Of a stretch of DNA of 64,000 nt, positions 1-11,799 are shown in pieces. This DNA is from Sphyrna mokarran (lineage: Eukaryota), in assembly GCA_024679065.1 (NCBI GenBank), contig JAGIQG010000009.1, forward strand, positions 55,490,001 through 55,554,000. Direction: 5' to 3'. The notes beneath the pieces were generated by a model. The model made no database searches. It worked only from the letters and a program-made list of their open reading frames with translations, and had not been told where the DNA came from. The position numbers and the translations under genes are program-made. Position 1 is the stretch's first letter, and the number at the start of each line of letters is the position of its first letter.

Positions 1-1399
1 ACTATTCATGACAGAATATAAGAACTTTGATCAGAAAGCTTCAAAATATTTTGGAGTGATTAAAAAAATAAGTAACATTCTGACATTCAATGGGAGAGTC
101 TAACCACCTTGTTATTTAGTGGCATTACCACTATCAAATGCCTCCTAACCCATGAATGAAATGTTTTCCATCCTGATATATTGTAGCCTGGAATGTTTAC
201 TTCCACTTTGAGCCAACCTTATTCATAGCATTCACTGCATTTATACACACACACACTCCAACATCTGCATTTCTTTCCTATCTGATCCTTCTTTCTGGAT
301 TACTTTTACTCTAATGCTGTGGTCCCTCCTATCAAATTGCATTTTTTCCTTTCTGATACTTCAGAAAGGCCACCTTCCTTTGCCAAATTAGTTTTAATGT
401 TCTGAGAAAACTTGTTAACCTCCCCATGTGAGCATTAATCTCTGGCCTATTGAAATGCAATCTGACCAAGTTGTTCACATTTTTCCTGATTTGGAGCTGG
501 TCACAGTGACACATGAATTGTAAGTCCTCCAGTCATATATTAAGCTGCTTTATCTTGCTGTTCCTGTACTTAGTTGCATGGTACTTGGTGTAATTGAGAG
601 ATTATCACCTTTGGTGAATCCAGGTACATGCAATTGCATGAGTTTTGCTATTTTCTCCCTTCCCTGTCATTGAAATTAAATCTTAGGTCATCAAAGTTAC
701 TCTGGTATTGGTAATCTAAACCCTAGGAGAAGAATTGAATTCATGCCAGTGTGCAGTAGGTTGTAAAAGAGATTGTATTGGCATTGGAGTTTCTGCAGGC
801 CTGGTACTTCAAGTGCTTAAAATATCTTCAGTATGTTGTATTGCTTTTGTAATGGTTCATTTCCTTCCTTTAAAAAAAACTCAGAAAACACTGCATTTTA
901 TCAAAGTAGTGTATGTTTGATTGGTTTTGACCTTCAGAAGGGATCAATGACCTTTAGAAAAGATTGTTGCGACTTGAAAGTTCTTTTGTGAATTGTTTTC
1001 CATTAAATATCAGTAAAGTCGGCAAACTATGCATGCATGGCCATGCAACAAGGCTTTAAGGTACTGTGCAGGCTGTTCATGATCTTTCCCCTTCAAGACA
1101 CTGCATGTGCAGCTTCACGAGCGTAACTTAAAGGTACTGCACACTAGAATGGGCAGGCCAGGTACAACAGGGAGATTTGTCAATTGCCAGTTTTGAAAAA
1201 TTCAGTTCACTCCACATTTACTCCCTCAGAGAATGGATTTTATATTTCCACTATCCTTCACATGCTTTCTGATTTCGCTCTTGAATGTTCTAATTCTAGT
1301 CATGCCCACTTTGTTTTGTGTTTCCCATCAGAGGAAAATAGTTTATATATTTACCCAATCAAATTCACCATTTTAAATATCTGAATTAGATTAGTCTTA

Positions 1400-1810
1400 A
1401 CTCAGGGAATTCAAGCAGTGTTTATGCAAGCTATTCAGTAGGTCATGGTATCATTCTGTTAATCTACTCTATCCTTCCGAGGTAAATATATATTTCTTGA
1501 GTTGCAATGCCCAAAATAGTAGGTATAGCACTCTGGACGAGGTGGAACAAAACTCTCAACATTGAAGCATAATGGCTAACCTATTGAAGATAAAGGCCAT
1601 TCTATTAGCCTTGTTAATTTTTTTTTATACCTTACACTTGTGTACCTGAAGACACACATTCCTTTGCTCCTACACATGTTCTTATCTCTTGTCATTAAGA
1701 AAATATTCTGATTTGTCTGCTTGGGTCCAAAGTGGATGATGATCTTGCACTTCCCCATGTTGAACTTCATCTGTCACAGTTTTGCCATTTACTTATTCTG
1801 TCCATGTTCC
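1400..1810 (-). mobile_element. Degenerate CR1-type LINE fragment (RT C-terminal part)
   Basis: Minus-strand translation MKFNMGKCKIIIHFG matches the CR1 ORF2 'MxFNxxKCxVxHFG' motif; frame is broken; boundaries approximate. Confidence 0.7.
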
Positions 1811-2557
1811 TCTGCATCTTCTCCTATTTATATAAATGGGGCCAGAAAATGGGAATAAGAGAACAATTGCTTAATAGCTCACAGAATGGAGTTATATTCA
1901 ACTCTGAAAAACAACAAGATTTAATGAATTAACATGTGAAATGTAATGAAACAAAAAGGATTTGGTTCAAATTAACTGGACAGAAAGGTGGGCAACGGAT
2001 CTGAGTAGCACGTGGGCAGGGGAATCGGCGTGGTGCGTGGCCGGAGGTAAAATAGATGAATATTTCCGCAGAAGGTGAATCAAGGAGTTTTATGCTTATA
2101 GAAGTTAAAAACCAAATTTTAAAACTGAGACATTTAAGGAAACTATTGCAAATTGTATTAAAGAAAATTGACATATGTAGAGTAAAAAGGAGGTGAAAAA
2201 AATATTGAAGTGTTTAAAGGGCATCAAAGAAAAGACTAAATACTTCACGTTAATGGGTGGGGAGAGGAGGGAAGCCTAATCCTGCTGGAGTAGTGAACAG
2301 CAAAGTGCTCAGGGGCTGTTGGGCGTGCTCTAATCTCCCAGTATATCCAAGTTAGCCTGGCCAATACTGTCTGACGCTCATTAAAAGGATTTAAATAATG
2401 AATATTAAATTCAGCCTCGTGTCATTCTCCTGTGTAAGGCTGATTATGTCAATAAAAGTGCCCTGGGAAGTTTGCAATCAGTGGGATGCTGATCATTATT
2501 CTTGTTGTTTGGGTTCCTGCTTAAATTTAATCGCTTACATCCTGTTTTTATCCTACA

Positions 2558-3004
2558 GGTGCTTTGGTCCACCTTGTTGTCTAACAAGGGTAATACACGC
2601 AATGGGTCGTGAGAGGGCTGCTCTTGGATTTTTTTCGAGAGTATCCTAGTGCTTCACGTCGTTAGTGTGTGCTTGACCTGGACCATTTGATGGGCAACAC
2701 GACAGCTCAGTGACTATCGCTGTGCTGTGCAGATACGTGGATTTGGGCCTGTGTCTGTGGGAGTTTGCGCATTCTCCCCGTGCTTGCATGGGTTTTCTCC
2801 AGTTTCCTCCCAGATCCCAAAGATGTGCTCTGAGGCTAATTGGGAAAATAAATTGTCCTTAAATTGTCTCAAATTTGGTTTTTAATCCATAGATCTATAA
2901 ACATTGACAGGGATCACAGGTAGAAGTGGGAACATTGGGGTGGCAGAGTGGGCTCGTTGGACCGAAGGGCCTGTTTCCCATGCTGTTTTGTTCTTTGTTC
3001 TTTT
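2558..3004 (+). mobile_element. HE1/V-SINE-like element with extra structured 5' extension (copy 1)
   Basis: V-SINE core (gtctgtgggagtttgcgcattctccccgtg...tttcctccc), CR1-like 3' tail (ccgaagggcctgtt...tgttctttgttc); highly similar full-length copy at 40813-41266. Confidence 0.85.
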
Positions 3005-3129
3005 GATATCTAGTTTTTGGTCTCTTTCCTAGTTCTTGAAACATTCTGTATATCCTTTTAATTTTCTTTCCAATGTCATTAGTTCCAAATTTCTTGCCTA
3101 ATAAAATCCACATTGCAACACACTTTGGA

Positions 3130-3260
3130 AAGTTTTTCAGTGCTAGATCGATGTCAGTGTTGTGGCTTTTCAGGAATAGTTTAGCAAACTTAGCAAGTTC
3201 CAGAACACAAGCCTTCAGCACTATTGTTGGCATGTTGTCAGGACTTCTAATTGATAGGTA
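3130..3260 (-). mobile_element. Short non-LTR retrotransposon RT fragment (same family as 11800-13310)
   Basis: Minus translation PDNMPTIVLKACVLELAKFAKLF resembles LINE 'PDNIPAIVLKTCAPELA..LAKLF'; DNA similar to 13165-13280. Confidence 0.6.
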
Positions 3261-4669
3261 CCCTACAGTAATAATTGCAAAATCAATAATGCAGCACAAA
3301 TCCTATGATAGCCCACAAATTGTCAGCAAAAAAGTAAAATTGCAATCACTGATTTTAAGCTGCAGGTTGTTCTCTTTTAAATTTAAAAGGCAGGAGATTT
3401 AAATGCCGTGAGAACTTGATAGACCTAATGGGTTTTAAATGCTTGTTCCAATGTGCCATTGAGTTTATCAAGTTTTTACATGCATTTATGTCTACTTTTA
3501 ATAATCTAGTACAGCACTTGACCTTTCACGAAGGACATTTGACTTCAAAGTGGATCCTAGACATATTCAAAAGGATCTCATGCCTAAAAGGTATCTTGCT
3601 TTTCCAAAGAACTATGGTTGTGTAAACATACACAAATCATATTTCAGCAATCTGAGTGATGAAATTGTATCTAACTGAAGACGACTGCCTCTGCAAACAA
3701 CAGATGTGAAAACTTCAACCCACCACCTGGCAAAATGATGGATTGTGAGATGGAGTGGGCTTGGGCACCATTTTGGTTACAAAGGAGACCTTCTTTGTCC
3801 TAGTGAAAATTTGGAATGTGATTTTTTTTTCCCAAGAAATATGCAATACCTGGATCTCCCACGTGCTACACCATATGCAGGCAATGCTTTTCAATGATGT
3901 GCCAATTGTCGGTCTGTTTTCAGTTAAAATTTATAATTCTTTGCCCTAACGTTCTATATATTTACTCACCTGGCCAATGCTGTAGTATTTCACTAACTCA
4001 TTCTTTCTTATTTATTGGTACCACTTTTTCTTAACCTTACCAAATTTCAGTTTTGTAATTTTTATGTTATTCTTTGCTGAAATCCCTCATACACATAATT
4101 ACAGTAGGTTCCCATGTTTCTACATGTCCAGACCTGCCGTAACATGTAGAAATATGGAAACCTATTGTATAGACCTGCCTTCTAATTTTGCTGTGTTGGG
4201 GATGATTTATTAAGATAATAAGTTAGGGGCAATATTCCAGAATAACACACACATGGTTATGGAAACATTAAGTCTTTGATTAGAAAAAAATCTAAATTTA
4301 GCAATTTGTTTTGCAGATCATTCCTGACCAAACCCTTATGAATTATGTATAGCAGGAAGGAGATGTCTAAAGGCAGCTGATGTTTGACCTGAGTCTCGTT
4401 ACTAAAATGTTCCATGGTGAAATCATGCCAGCAAAGTTTTTTTTGCTAATGCATCAATGTATCAGGCTAATTCAAGTAAAGAATTAATTTGCGGTTAACC
4501 AACTTGTCTAGTGAAAAAAGATCATCAAGTAACATAATGTCTCTTGGCTACTGAGAGAAAACATCTGGAAGGTCATCTGCCAGACCTGTCTGCTCTGCCC
4601 CACCAGATGAAGAAGCTGCAAAGTGTAATGCCAATAATAAAACTACAATATGAGCAGAATCTACATAGT

Positions 4670-4990
4670 GTCATGAAGGGCAAATCTATTTGAACTTTTG
4701 TAACAGTGTAATGAGATAAATCAGTGGATGATGTCAATTTAGATTTTAAGAAGGTGCCACGCGTGAGGTTTTTACCCGATTAGAATTTGTGTGTTTAGGA
4801 TAATATTTAAGTACGTATTGAGAATTGGTTAATGAATAAAAAAGAATGGAATAAATGGGTAATTTTTGAGATGGCAGGGTGTAACTGCTATGAGGAAATC
4901 AGTTCTTGTATTTTAGCTTTTCACAACCTAACTTGATAATTAGATGAAGAATACAATATATCTAAGTTTGTTGATGTAAAATTAAGTGGG
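4670..4990 (+). mobile_element. Degenerate CR1 RT fragment
   Basis: gtggatgatgtcaatttagattttaagaaggtgccac is a decayed VDVVYLDF..KVPH motif, followed by IENWL-like and SKFVD-like segments. Confidence 0.55.
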
Positions 4991-7900
4991 ATAGTTGTTT
5001 TAAAGTGGAAGCTGAAAACTGCATTTATACAAGGGTTCTTTAAGCCTGAGTTTTATGCTGTCCTTCCAGTGGTCTAGCAGGCAGGGGTGGAGGACCTGTA
5101 AAATTGCCCTGGCCTTCCCACCACACTTCTGCCCGCCCTGGCCTGTTGGCAATTATATGCCAGAATGAGTGAAACATAGGCTAGCCCCAAATAAGACACT
5201 TAAGTGGGCAATAAATGACTACTTAGGAGCCATTTCATGCTTAGTCTCTGGATTTTGGAGTTTAATCAGTTTGATGCTATATCTGACTTTTATAGTCATG
5301 TGACTATATTTTGAGGCCGTTTTCCTGGATGCAGACATCTTAAACAATTCAAAGCGCTCTCGCTGAAACAGACACAGTTGCACTTAAACTTGAACATTAT
5401 GTTAGGAACTGGATATAAGACACATTTTCGAATATTAAAAATGTTATCAAAAACAGCTCAGTATCAATAGGTGTAACTTGGGTAACTCAGAGTTGCATAG
5501 GTTTGTGCATGCAAGTGTGTTTTTTGCTAGGAGAAGGCTAATGTTGCTTCTTTTGATATGAAGAAGCAGATGTTTGGGCTTTGAAAAATAATGTCTGTCA
5601 CATCTGGCTTTTTGTAGTCGTGCGACTATGACACGAGACTGTCTTTCTGAAACAGACATCATAGAGTTCAATAAAGATCCCTTACAAACACAGATGAAAA
5701 TAAACTAAAAACAACTTTCCCAGGTTGGTGGGAGGAGAAGCAGGGATGAAAGAACAGTCATCTTGCTCAGGCCTTGGGTCAGAAAGTTGAAAGATCCTCC
5801 TCTTCAAGTGGCCTCCCTTTCACATTGGACACACCCCTGCCCCATCAACACAAGGTGCTTTCATTAATGTGAGTGCTCTCATGCCTCTTGGCCTCTTTAT
5901 TAGTGTCCCATAGCACCCCCTCAGGCCTCACCTTGCCTTCCCACTATAAGAACACATGACTTAACCTGCTCCTGGATTCCAGGACTTAGAGTCTGTGAAC
6001 TGCACGTAATCTCAATCATGGTTACTGCGGTAATGGTACTGCTAGATCTACTAAACTGTCAATCAATCACACTAGCTGACAGTGCTCTGAGGGCAGAAGT
6101 CAATTTCCAGTCAATTAACACTCCTTGGAGCATTAAATGGTCGTGGGGCAGCCAGGACTGATGGGAATATGTTCTGCACTGATACTTTGGTCGTCCAAAC
6201 AACTGTGTCTTTTATGTTCTTTGAAAGTTCCTGGTTTGGAGGGGGGGTGGTGGAGGGAGAAAGGTCACCATGCCATTTTAATAGTGTTGGTTACAGAATA
6301 TGTCTGTGAAAGAAGTCTTCATTGCTCTTTATGTTAAGAGCAAGTCCTTATTAACGACTTGTAACATATTCATGTACATAATAAAGGGAAGAGGCAAGTG
6401 CTATTTGTCTCTGAGGTATTCCCACATCTTTGGCCAACACCATACTGACCTTAGCTCTTGGTTATCTGCCATTTTACTTCACAGTAGGTGGTACTGCACT
6501 CAGTTCCACACTAATCCTGTATGATTCTGATCCTTATGTCACACCTTCCCCCCAGTCTATCCCCTGGATATAGTTAAATTAGTTTATTTCAGGTCTTACA
6601 TTGTTACCCTACTGTCACAATCTAGTGCTATTCCTATTATATTGCTATTACAATATTAGCAACATTCTCAGTATCCCATCTTCCCCTTCAAGGCCTTGAA
6701 ATTAGAAACTTAGGTAGTTAGGCTTATAACACATCCACACCTTGTTTGCTGCCCTGTTGGAAGGGGAGCAAGATCTATTGATTCTGACTCTTGTTAGCTT
6801 GGAGGTTGGACAAGCATTTGGGTATACTTGCATTTTTTTTCCATTGCTTAATGTTAACCTAAGGCTGGTTAGTTTGGCTATTGTGTTGATCCATGGACGC
6901 TATTCATCTTGATTGTTTCTTCTAGGCTGTATGGGCATGGTGCTGTATCCTTGGCATTGTCTTTTCTTCTATCTCCAGGGAGGCTATCTCAAAGCCCTCT
7001 GAAGCTGAGAAAGAACATTCTTGTGGTGTAAAGGAGGTTTAGTTGTATGCACACCTCTGCATTTTGTTGTTGGAGGTGACAGATTGGACAAATATCTCTG
7101 TATAAATAAATATCAAAGGTGAAATCCCAGTTTGAATACTCTCTAGTGCTTGAGCACTCAGGGCTTTGTGGTTCTGGCTGGCTAATAATGGTAATCTTTG
7201 ACATTCTCTGCCATCTGGAAGAGATCCAGGGTGACACATGCATTACTTTCCCTGACTTGGATTGTCGCTGCAACTTTGTAACCGGATAAATTGGACTAAG
7301 ACTTGTTGTCCCATGTTGTGTTTCCTCCCTTTACAGATGGTTCTGTGTTGCTCGTGAGCTCAGACAGTCTCACTGTTTGGATTGCTGTGGCTAGGATAAC
7401 ATCTTTAGCTTGTAGGAGATCAAAGAGTGAATCACTGTATCATCCACCACAATTCTGTCTCAAATGAGCTCTATGTTCACACCCTGTTGCCATAATGCAG
7501 AGATCATTTGCAAAGAAATTGACAGGTTCCCCAGGAAGTTAGACTCTTACTGAATTTAGCTCAAGTTGAAATAAGCATCAAAGAATTTTAAACTAGCTCA
7601 AACTTGGTGGATAATTCATCAATATCCTGTGTGCACTGATGTCATCTGTATTAGTTCTACTGAGTAAAGGATTGTACAACTTGTCTCTTCTGATATTTTT
7701 ACTTAAACCTATATCTTAGTAATCTTTTTCTCCATTTTTTTTTGACTGATCTGGGCCTTGGGTTGCTCTCTGTGAAATTGTAATCTGTGTTGAAATTTTA
7801 AAAATGTGCTTAGATTCTAAGTTTCTAAGATGTTGCTATTCATTACAGACCGATGGATTTTTTGTGCTGATAATGGCATGCTTATGGAAGAATGTTTAAC

Positions 7901-8228
7901 AATGGTTGCATGGGTCAGCTGTCTGCTAAGTTGATTTATTCAGCGATGTAGCAAGGCATTTAAATTAACCACTGGTTAGCTGTTTAAAGATTTGGAAGAT
8001 TGTGGGGATCTGAGTTTTTTTGTTTTTCATTTCAGTGGCCATGTATTGAAGATTAGATCTAGGGATTGGGATTTGATTGGGTTTTGTTCAAATGGTATTT
8101 GACTAAATTAATAAAAAGGCCTTCTTCGGATTGGCTGAATCCTGGAAGTTAAAAAGATTTAGTTCACTCTTGAAGGCTATGGACTCTGTGCTGAAGCTGG
8201 ATTTCCAACAAGAATCTATAGAACCTTA

Positions 8229-8484
8229 GGGCAGTATGGTGGCACAGTGGTTAGCACTGCTGCCATGGAGCATCAGGAACCTGGGTTCAATTCCAGCCTC
8301 AGGCCACTGTCTTTGAGTTTGCATATTCTCCCCACATCTGCGTGGTTTTCTTCCAGGTGTTCCAGTTTTCCTCCAAGTATTCTAGTTTCTTCCCACAATC
8401 CAAAGATGTGCAGGTTCAGTGAGTTGGCCATGCTAAATTACTCCTTAGTTCCCCTGACACTAACAAGGTGAATATGTGGGGTTA
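8229..8484 (+). mobile_element. HE1-type tRNA-derived SINE, 5' part (interrupted by a CR1 insertion)
   Basis: A-box tggcacagtgg, B-box ggttcaattcc, V-domain; ends at aatatgtggggtta and resumes at ~9021. Confidence 0.85.
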
Positions 8485-9020
8485 AACTGTGTACAATTCT
8501 AGTCACCCTATTATAAAAAGGATATTATTAAAACTAGAAAGAGTGCAGAAGATATTTACTAGTAAGCTACAAAGACTTGATGGTTTGAGTTATAAGGAGA
8601 GGCTTGATAGATTGGGACTTCTTTCCCTAGAGCGTAGGAGCTGAGGAGTGACCTTTTTCGAAGTCTATCAAATAATGAGTGGCATCGATCAGGTAGATGG
8701 TCAATATCTTTTTCCCAAAAGTAGGGGAGTTTAAAACTAAAAGACCTAGGTTTAAGATGAGAGGGGAGAGATACAAAAGACTCCAGACAGTCAGTTTTTT
8801 TTTACAGAGGGTGGTGAGTGCCTGGAATAAGATGGCAGAGGTAGCAGTAGCAGCGGGTACAATTTTGTCTTTCAAAAAAAAATGTTTAAACAGTTACATG
8901 GGTAAGATGGGTGCAGAAGGATATGGGCCAAATGTTGGGACTAGCTTAGGGGTTTAAAAAAAAAAGGGTAGCATGGAGAAGCTGGGCTGAAGAGCCTGCT
9001 TCTATGCTGTAAATCTTTGT
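8485..9020 (+). mobile_element. CR1 LINE 3' fragment nested within a SINE
   Basis: Translation FFLQRVVSAWN...SFKK is the CR1 ORF2 C-terminus; typical gggctgaagagcctgcttctatgctgt tail. Confidence 0.85.
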
Positions 9021-9109
9021 ACGTAGAAAGGATATGGGTAGGATTGTTGCCAATGCAGGCTTGATGGGCCAAATGGCCACCTTCTGAACTGTGGGGATTT
9101 TATGATTCT
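9021..9109 (+). mobile_element. HE1-type SINE, 3' remainder
   Basis: gggtaggattgttgccaatgcaggcttgatgggccaaatggccaccttctgaactgtggggattttatgattct matches the tail of the intact copies at 15799 and 49015. Confidence 0.75.
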
Positions 9110-9479
9110 GCTCAAGTAAGACTTCCGCCTTTATCTCCAGGCTTTTCTGTTTGGAGTTTTATTTGGTGAATTTTCTTTGCATCTGTAAGTTCAGTTACAT
9201 TCTGAACTGAAAGAGACTCCTTTTGAATTTTTTCAAGTTTTTCAGCATTCTCGTGAAGTTGATTTTATCTTTAATTGCCAACATGTTGTAATGGTGTTGA
9301 TTCCAGAACATGTCCATTTAAGGAGGTCTTCATAGTCTTCTGTAAATTACTAGAAGCAACTTTTTATTAACAACTTGTAACTTTATACAGATATACAGTA
9401 AAGATAGAGGGAAGGGGTTATTTCCATGTTTAGATGTTAACAACAGCATCATGAAACTACAGACTTTGGATTGAATTTC

Positions 9480-10070
9480 AATTTGCCACTATTCCACTGA
9501 CTAGTGCATTGATATCTTTATTTAGTCTGTAGTTTTCTTTATCAACAATTTTGGTATCATCTGTAAAGTTATTATTTGTGACCTACATTTCAGTCTAAAT
9601 CATTGAGCAGCCTGAACCCAAAGCAAGGGAGCCAATACTGAGCCTTGAGAAACCTCACTGGAAACAGCCTTCCGGTCAAAAACATCCATCAACTTGACCA
9701 TTGCCCTTAACTTCCTACCACTTAGCCAATTTTGTATCCAACTTGCCATTTTCTCTTTGAACTCACAATCTTTAGCTGACCAGTCAGACACATGGGATGT
9801 TGACAGCAGCTTTGCTAAAATCTATGTAGGTTGCGTTAGATATGCTATCTTTATTGAATCTCCTCCTTACCTCCTCATAAAATACACTTGTTAGTTGGAC
9901 TTGAGTTTTCTTTAATAAATCCATGCTGATTGTTGTTGATGAATTTTTGCCTTCCTAAGTGGTGATTAGTGTGGTTTTCCAAGAACCTTTTTAATAATTT
10001 GTCTACCATCAAAGGAAGTTAGACTAGCAGATAATTACTTAGCATATCCCTTTCTCCCTTTTTGATGCAA
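9480..10070 (-). mobile_element. Degenerate CR1 RT fragment
   Basis: WIQNWLSGRKLRAMV...VSQGSVLAPLL (RT motif B, GVPQGSVLGP) on the minus strand. Confidence 0.8.
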
Positions 10071-10429
10071 GAAAAGTTATGCAGTTGTAATTCAAAATTG
10101 AGTTTTTTAAACTATTTCTTTCTTGTCAACTTGATTGTGAAATGTTTTTTCATTTAATTATTCTGGTCTTTTAGTTCAGTACAGAGAACTACTTAAAATT
10201 ATGTTAAAGCACAAATCTCTTTCATGTTTGTAACTCTTTGCTTAACCTCAACATTATTGCAACAGCTATGAGCAGAAATTAATTCACTTTCATAGCAAAC
10301 ATGACACCTATTGGTAGTCAAAACACTGAGCATGTATTCTGAGCATTATACCACAGGTGCAATTTATCCCAAAAATTTCGAAATGTTGTGTGAGTGTTTG
10401 TGTCTCTATATATCTTGTTTGTGAAAAGG

Positions 10430-10987
10430 AAAGGATGTCCCAAGGCATGGTACATTGGGGAGACCATGCTGACACTATGACAGCAGATGAATGAACACCT
10501 CTCGACAATCATCAGGCAGGAGTGTTCCCTTCCAGTTGGGAAACACTTCAGCAGTCACAGGCATTCAGCCTCTGATCTTTAGGTAAGCATTCTCCAAGGT
10601 AGACTCCATCTCACATGACAATGCAGAATCGCTGAGCAGAAACTGATAGCCAAGTTCCGCACACGTGAGTATGGCCGCAACCAAGATCTTGGGTTCACGT
10701 CATACTATCTGTAACCCCCATGACTTGCTTGGGCTTGCAAAATCTTATGAACTGTTCTTTAACTTGTTTTTGGCCCCCTCTCCACTCATGTTGTCTGTAT
10801 CTTTAAGAGTTGATCACCTGTAAAGATTTACATTCCAATCATTATCTTGTAAATGGAGTTTGTGGCTATGTCTGTTCTGTTTGTGAACACAAGTCCTCAC
10901 TCACCTGATGAAGAAGCAGCGCTCCAAAAGCTTGTGCTGCCAAATAAACCTGTTGGATTTTAACCTGGTGTTGTGTAACTTCTTACC
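10430..10987 (+). mobile_element. Penelope-like element 3' end (GIY-YIG endonuclease remnant plus terminal repeat)
   Basis: Plus translation AWYIGET...MNEHLSTI...PVGKHF...RIAEQKLIAKF with stops; downstream hammerhead relic and AATAAA. Confidence 0.8.
10902..10936 (+). ncRNA. Minimal type-I hammerhead ribozyme relic (Penelope-associated), GAAA mutated to AAAA
   Basis: cac-CTGATGA-a-gaagc-agc-gctcc-AAAA-gctt-gtg: stem I cac/gtg, stem II, palindromic AGCT stem III. Confidence 0.7.
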
Positions 10988-11004
10988 ATCTTTGAACTGT
11001 CAAA

Positions 11005-11135
11005 AGAAACTGGAGCACCCAGTGGAAACCCACACAGACAAGAAGAATGTGTGGAGTTTGCACAGTAACCTAAGGTTAGAATCGAACTCAGGATCCTGGC
11101 GTTATGGGGAAACAGTGCTAACCGCTGCGCCATGC
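11005..11135 (-). mobile_element. HE1-type SINE fragment
   Basis: Reverse complement of head and V-domain (aaactggagcacccagtggaaacccac...gtgctaaccgctgcgcc). Confidence 0.75.
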
Positions 11136-11227
11136 TGCCAATTCCTGATGGGAGAGCTGGTGCAATTTAGTTCACAATTCAACCACACTTGGAAATTTTT
11201 TTGAAGCCTGTGAATTCTCCCACTTAC

Positions 11228-11538
11228 TCACAGAATCCCTATAGTGCAGAAGGAGGCCATTAGGCCCATTGAGTCTGCACTGATTCTGTGACAAAATATC
11301 TCTATCTGGCCCTATCTCCATACCCCACATATTTACCCTGGAAATTCCTCTAACCTATACATGTAGGGGCAATTTAGTATAGCCAATATACCTGTACATA
11401 TTTGGATTAAGGGAGGAAACTGGAGCACCCAGAGGAAACCCACAGGGAGAATGTGCAAACTCCATATAGTCACCCAATGCTGGAATTGAATCCAGGCTGC
11501 TGGTACTGTGAGGCAGCAGTACGATCCAGTGTACCATC
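11228..11538 (-). mobile_element. HE1-type SINE
   Basis: Reverse complement of a full SINE, from tail (agaatccctatagtgcagaaggaggccatt) to head. Confidence 0.85.
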
Positions 11539-11799
11539 CAAAATTAGAATTTTTTTTGGTGTGAGGCTAAAGGTGGTAGAAAAGCTAGTAGGGACGAAAA
11601 GATGCCGGCAAGGCCTGCTCCTCAGATCAGGATCCCATTTTTAAAACGGGTTCTCCCTGGCACTGAACGCACTGTGACCCCTCCCTCACAATTCTCCAGC
11701 CCTGCAAGATTCAGCACAATCTTTGTACGCGTGCATGAAGCTGGAGAATTGCCCCACACATAAAACAAAACTTCAGAGGTTAAATATACCATCCTTTCA

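Noticed and set aside
2645-2700. Definite HDV-like ribozyme call from the UUCACGUCG motif
   Set aside because: P3, P1/P1.1 and the catalytic J4/2 (CNRA) could not be fitted in both copies; kept only as a hypothesis
3416-3950. Possible Copia-like RT motif (FGKARYLLGM) on the minus strand
   Set aside because: Single short match bounded by stop codons; insufficient support
6900-7600. Possible decayed Gypsy integrase C-terminus on the minus strand
   Set aside because: Resemblance too weak to support without an HMM search
8229-8300. tRNA genes at SINE heads (also at 15799, 49015 and others)
   Set aside because: tRNA-derived SINE heads that continue into the V-domain; no complete cloverleaf
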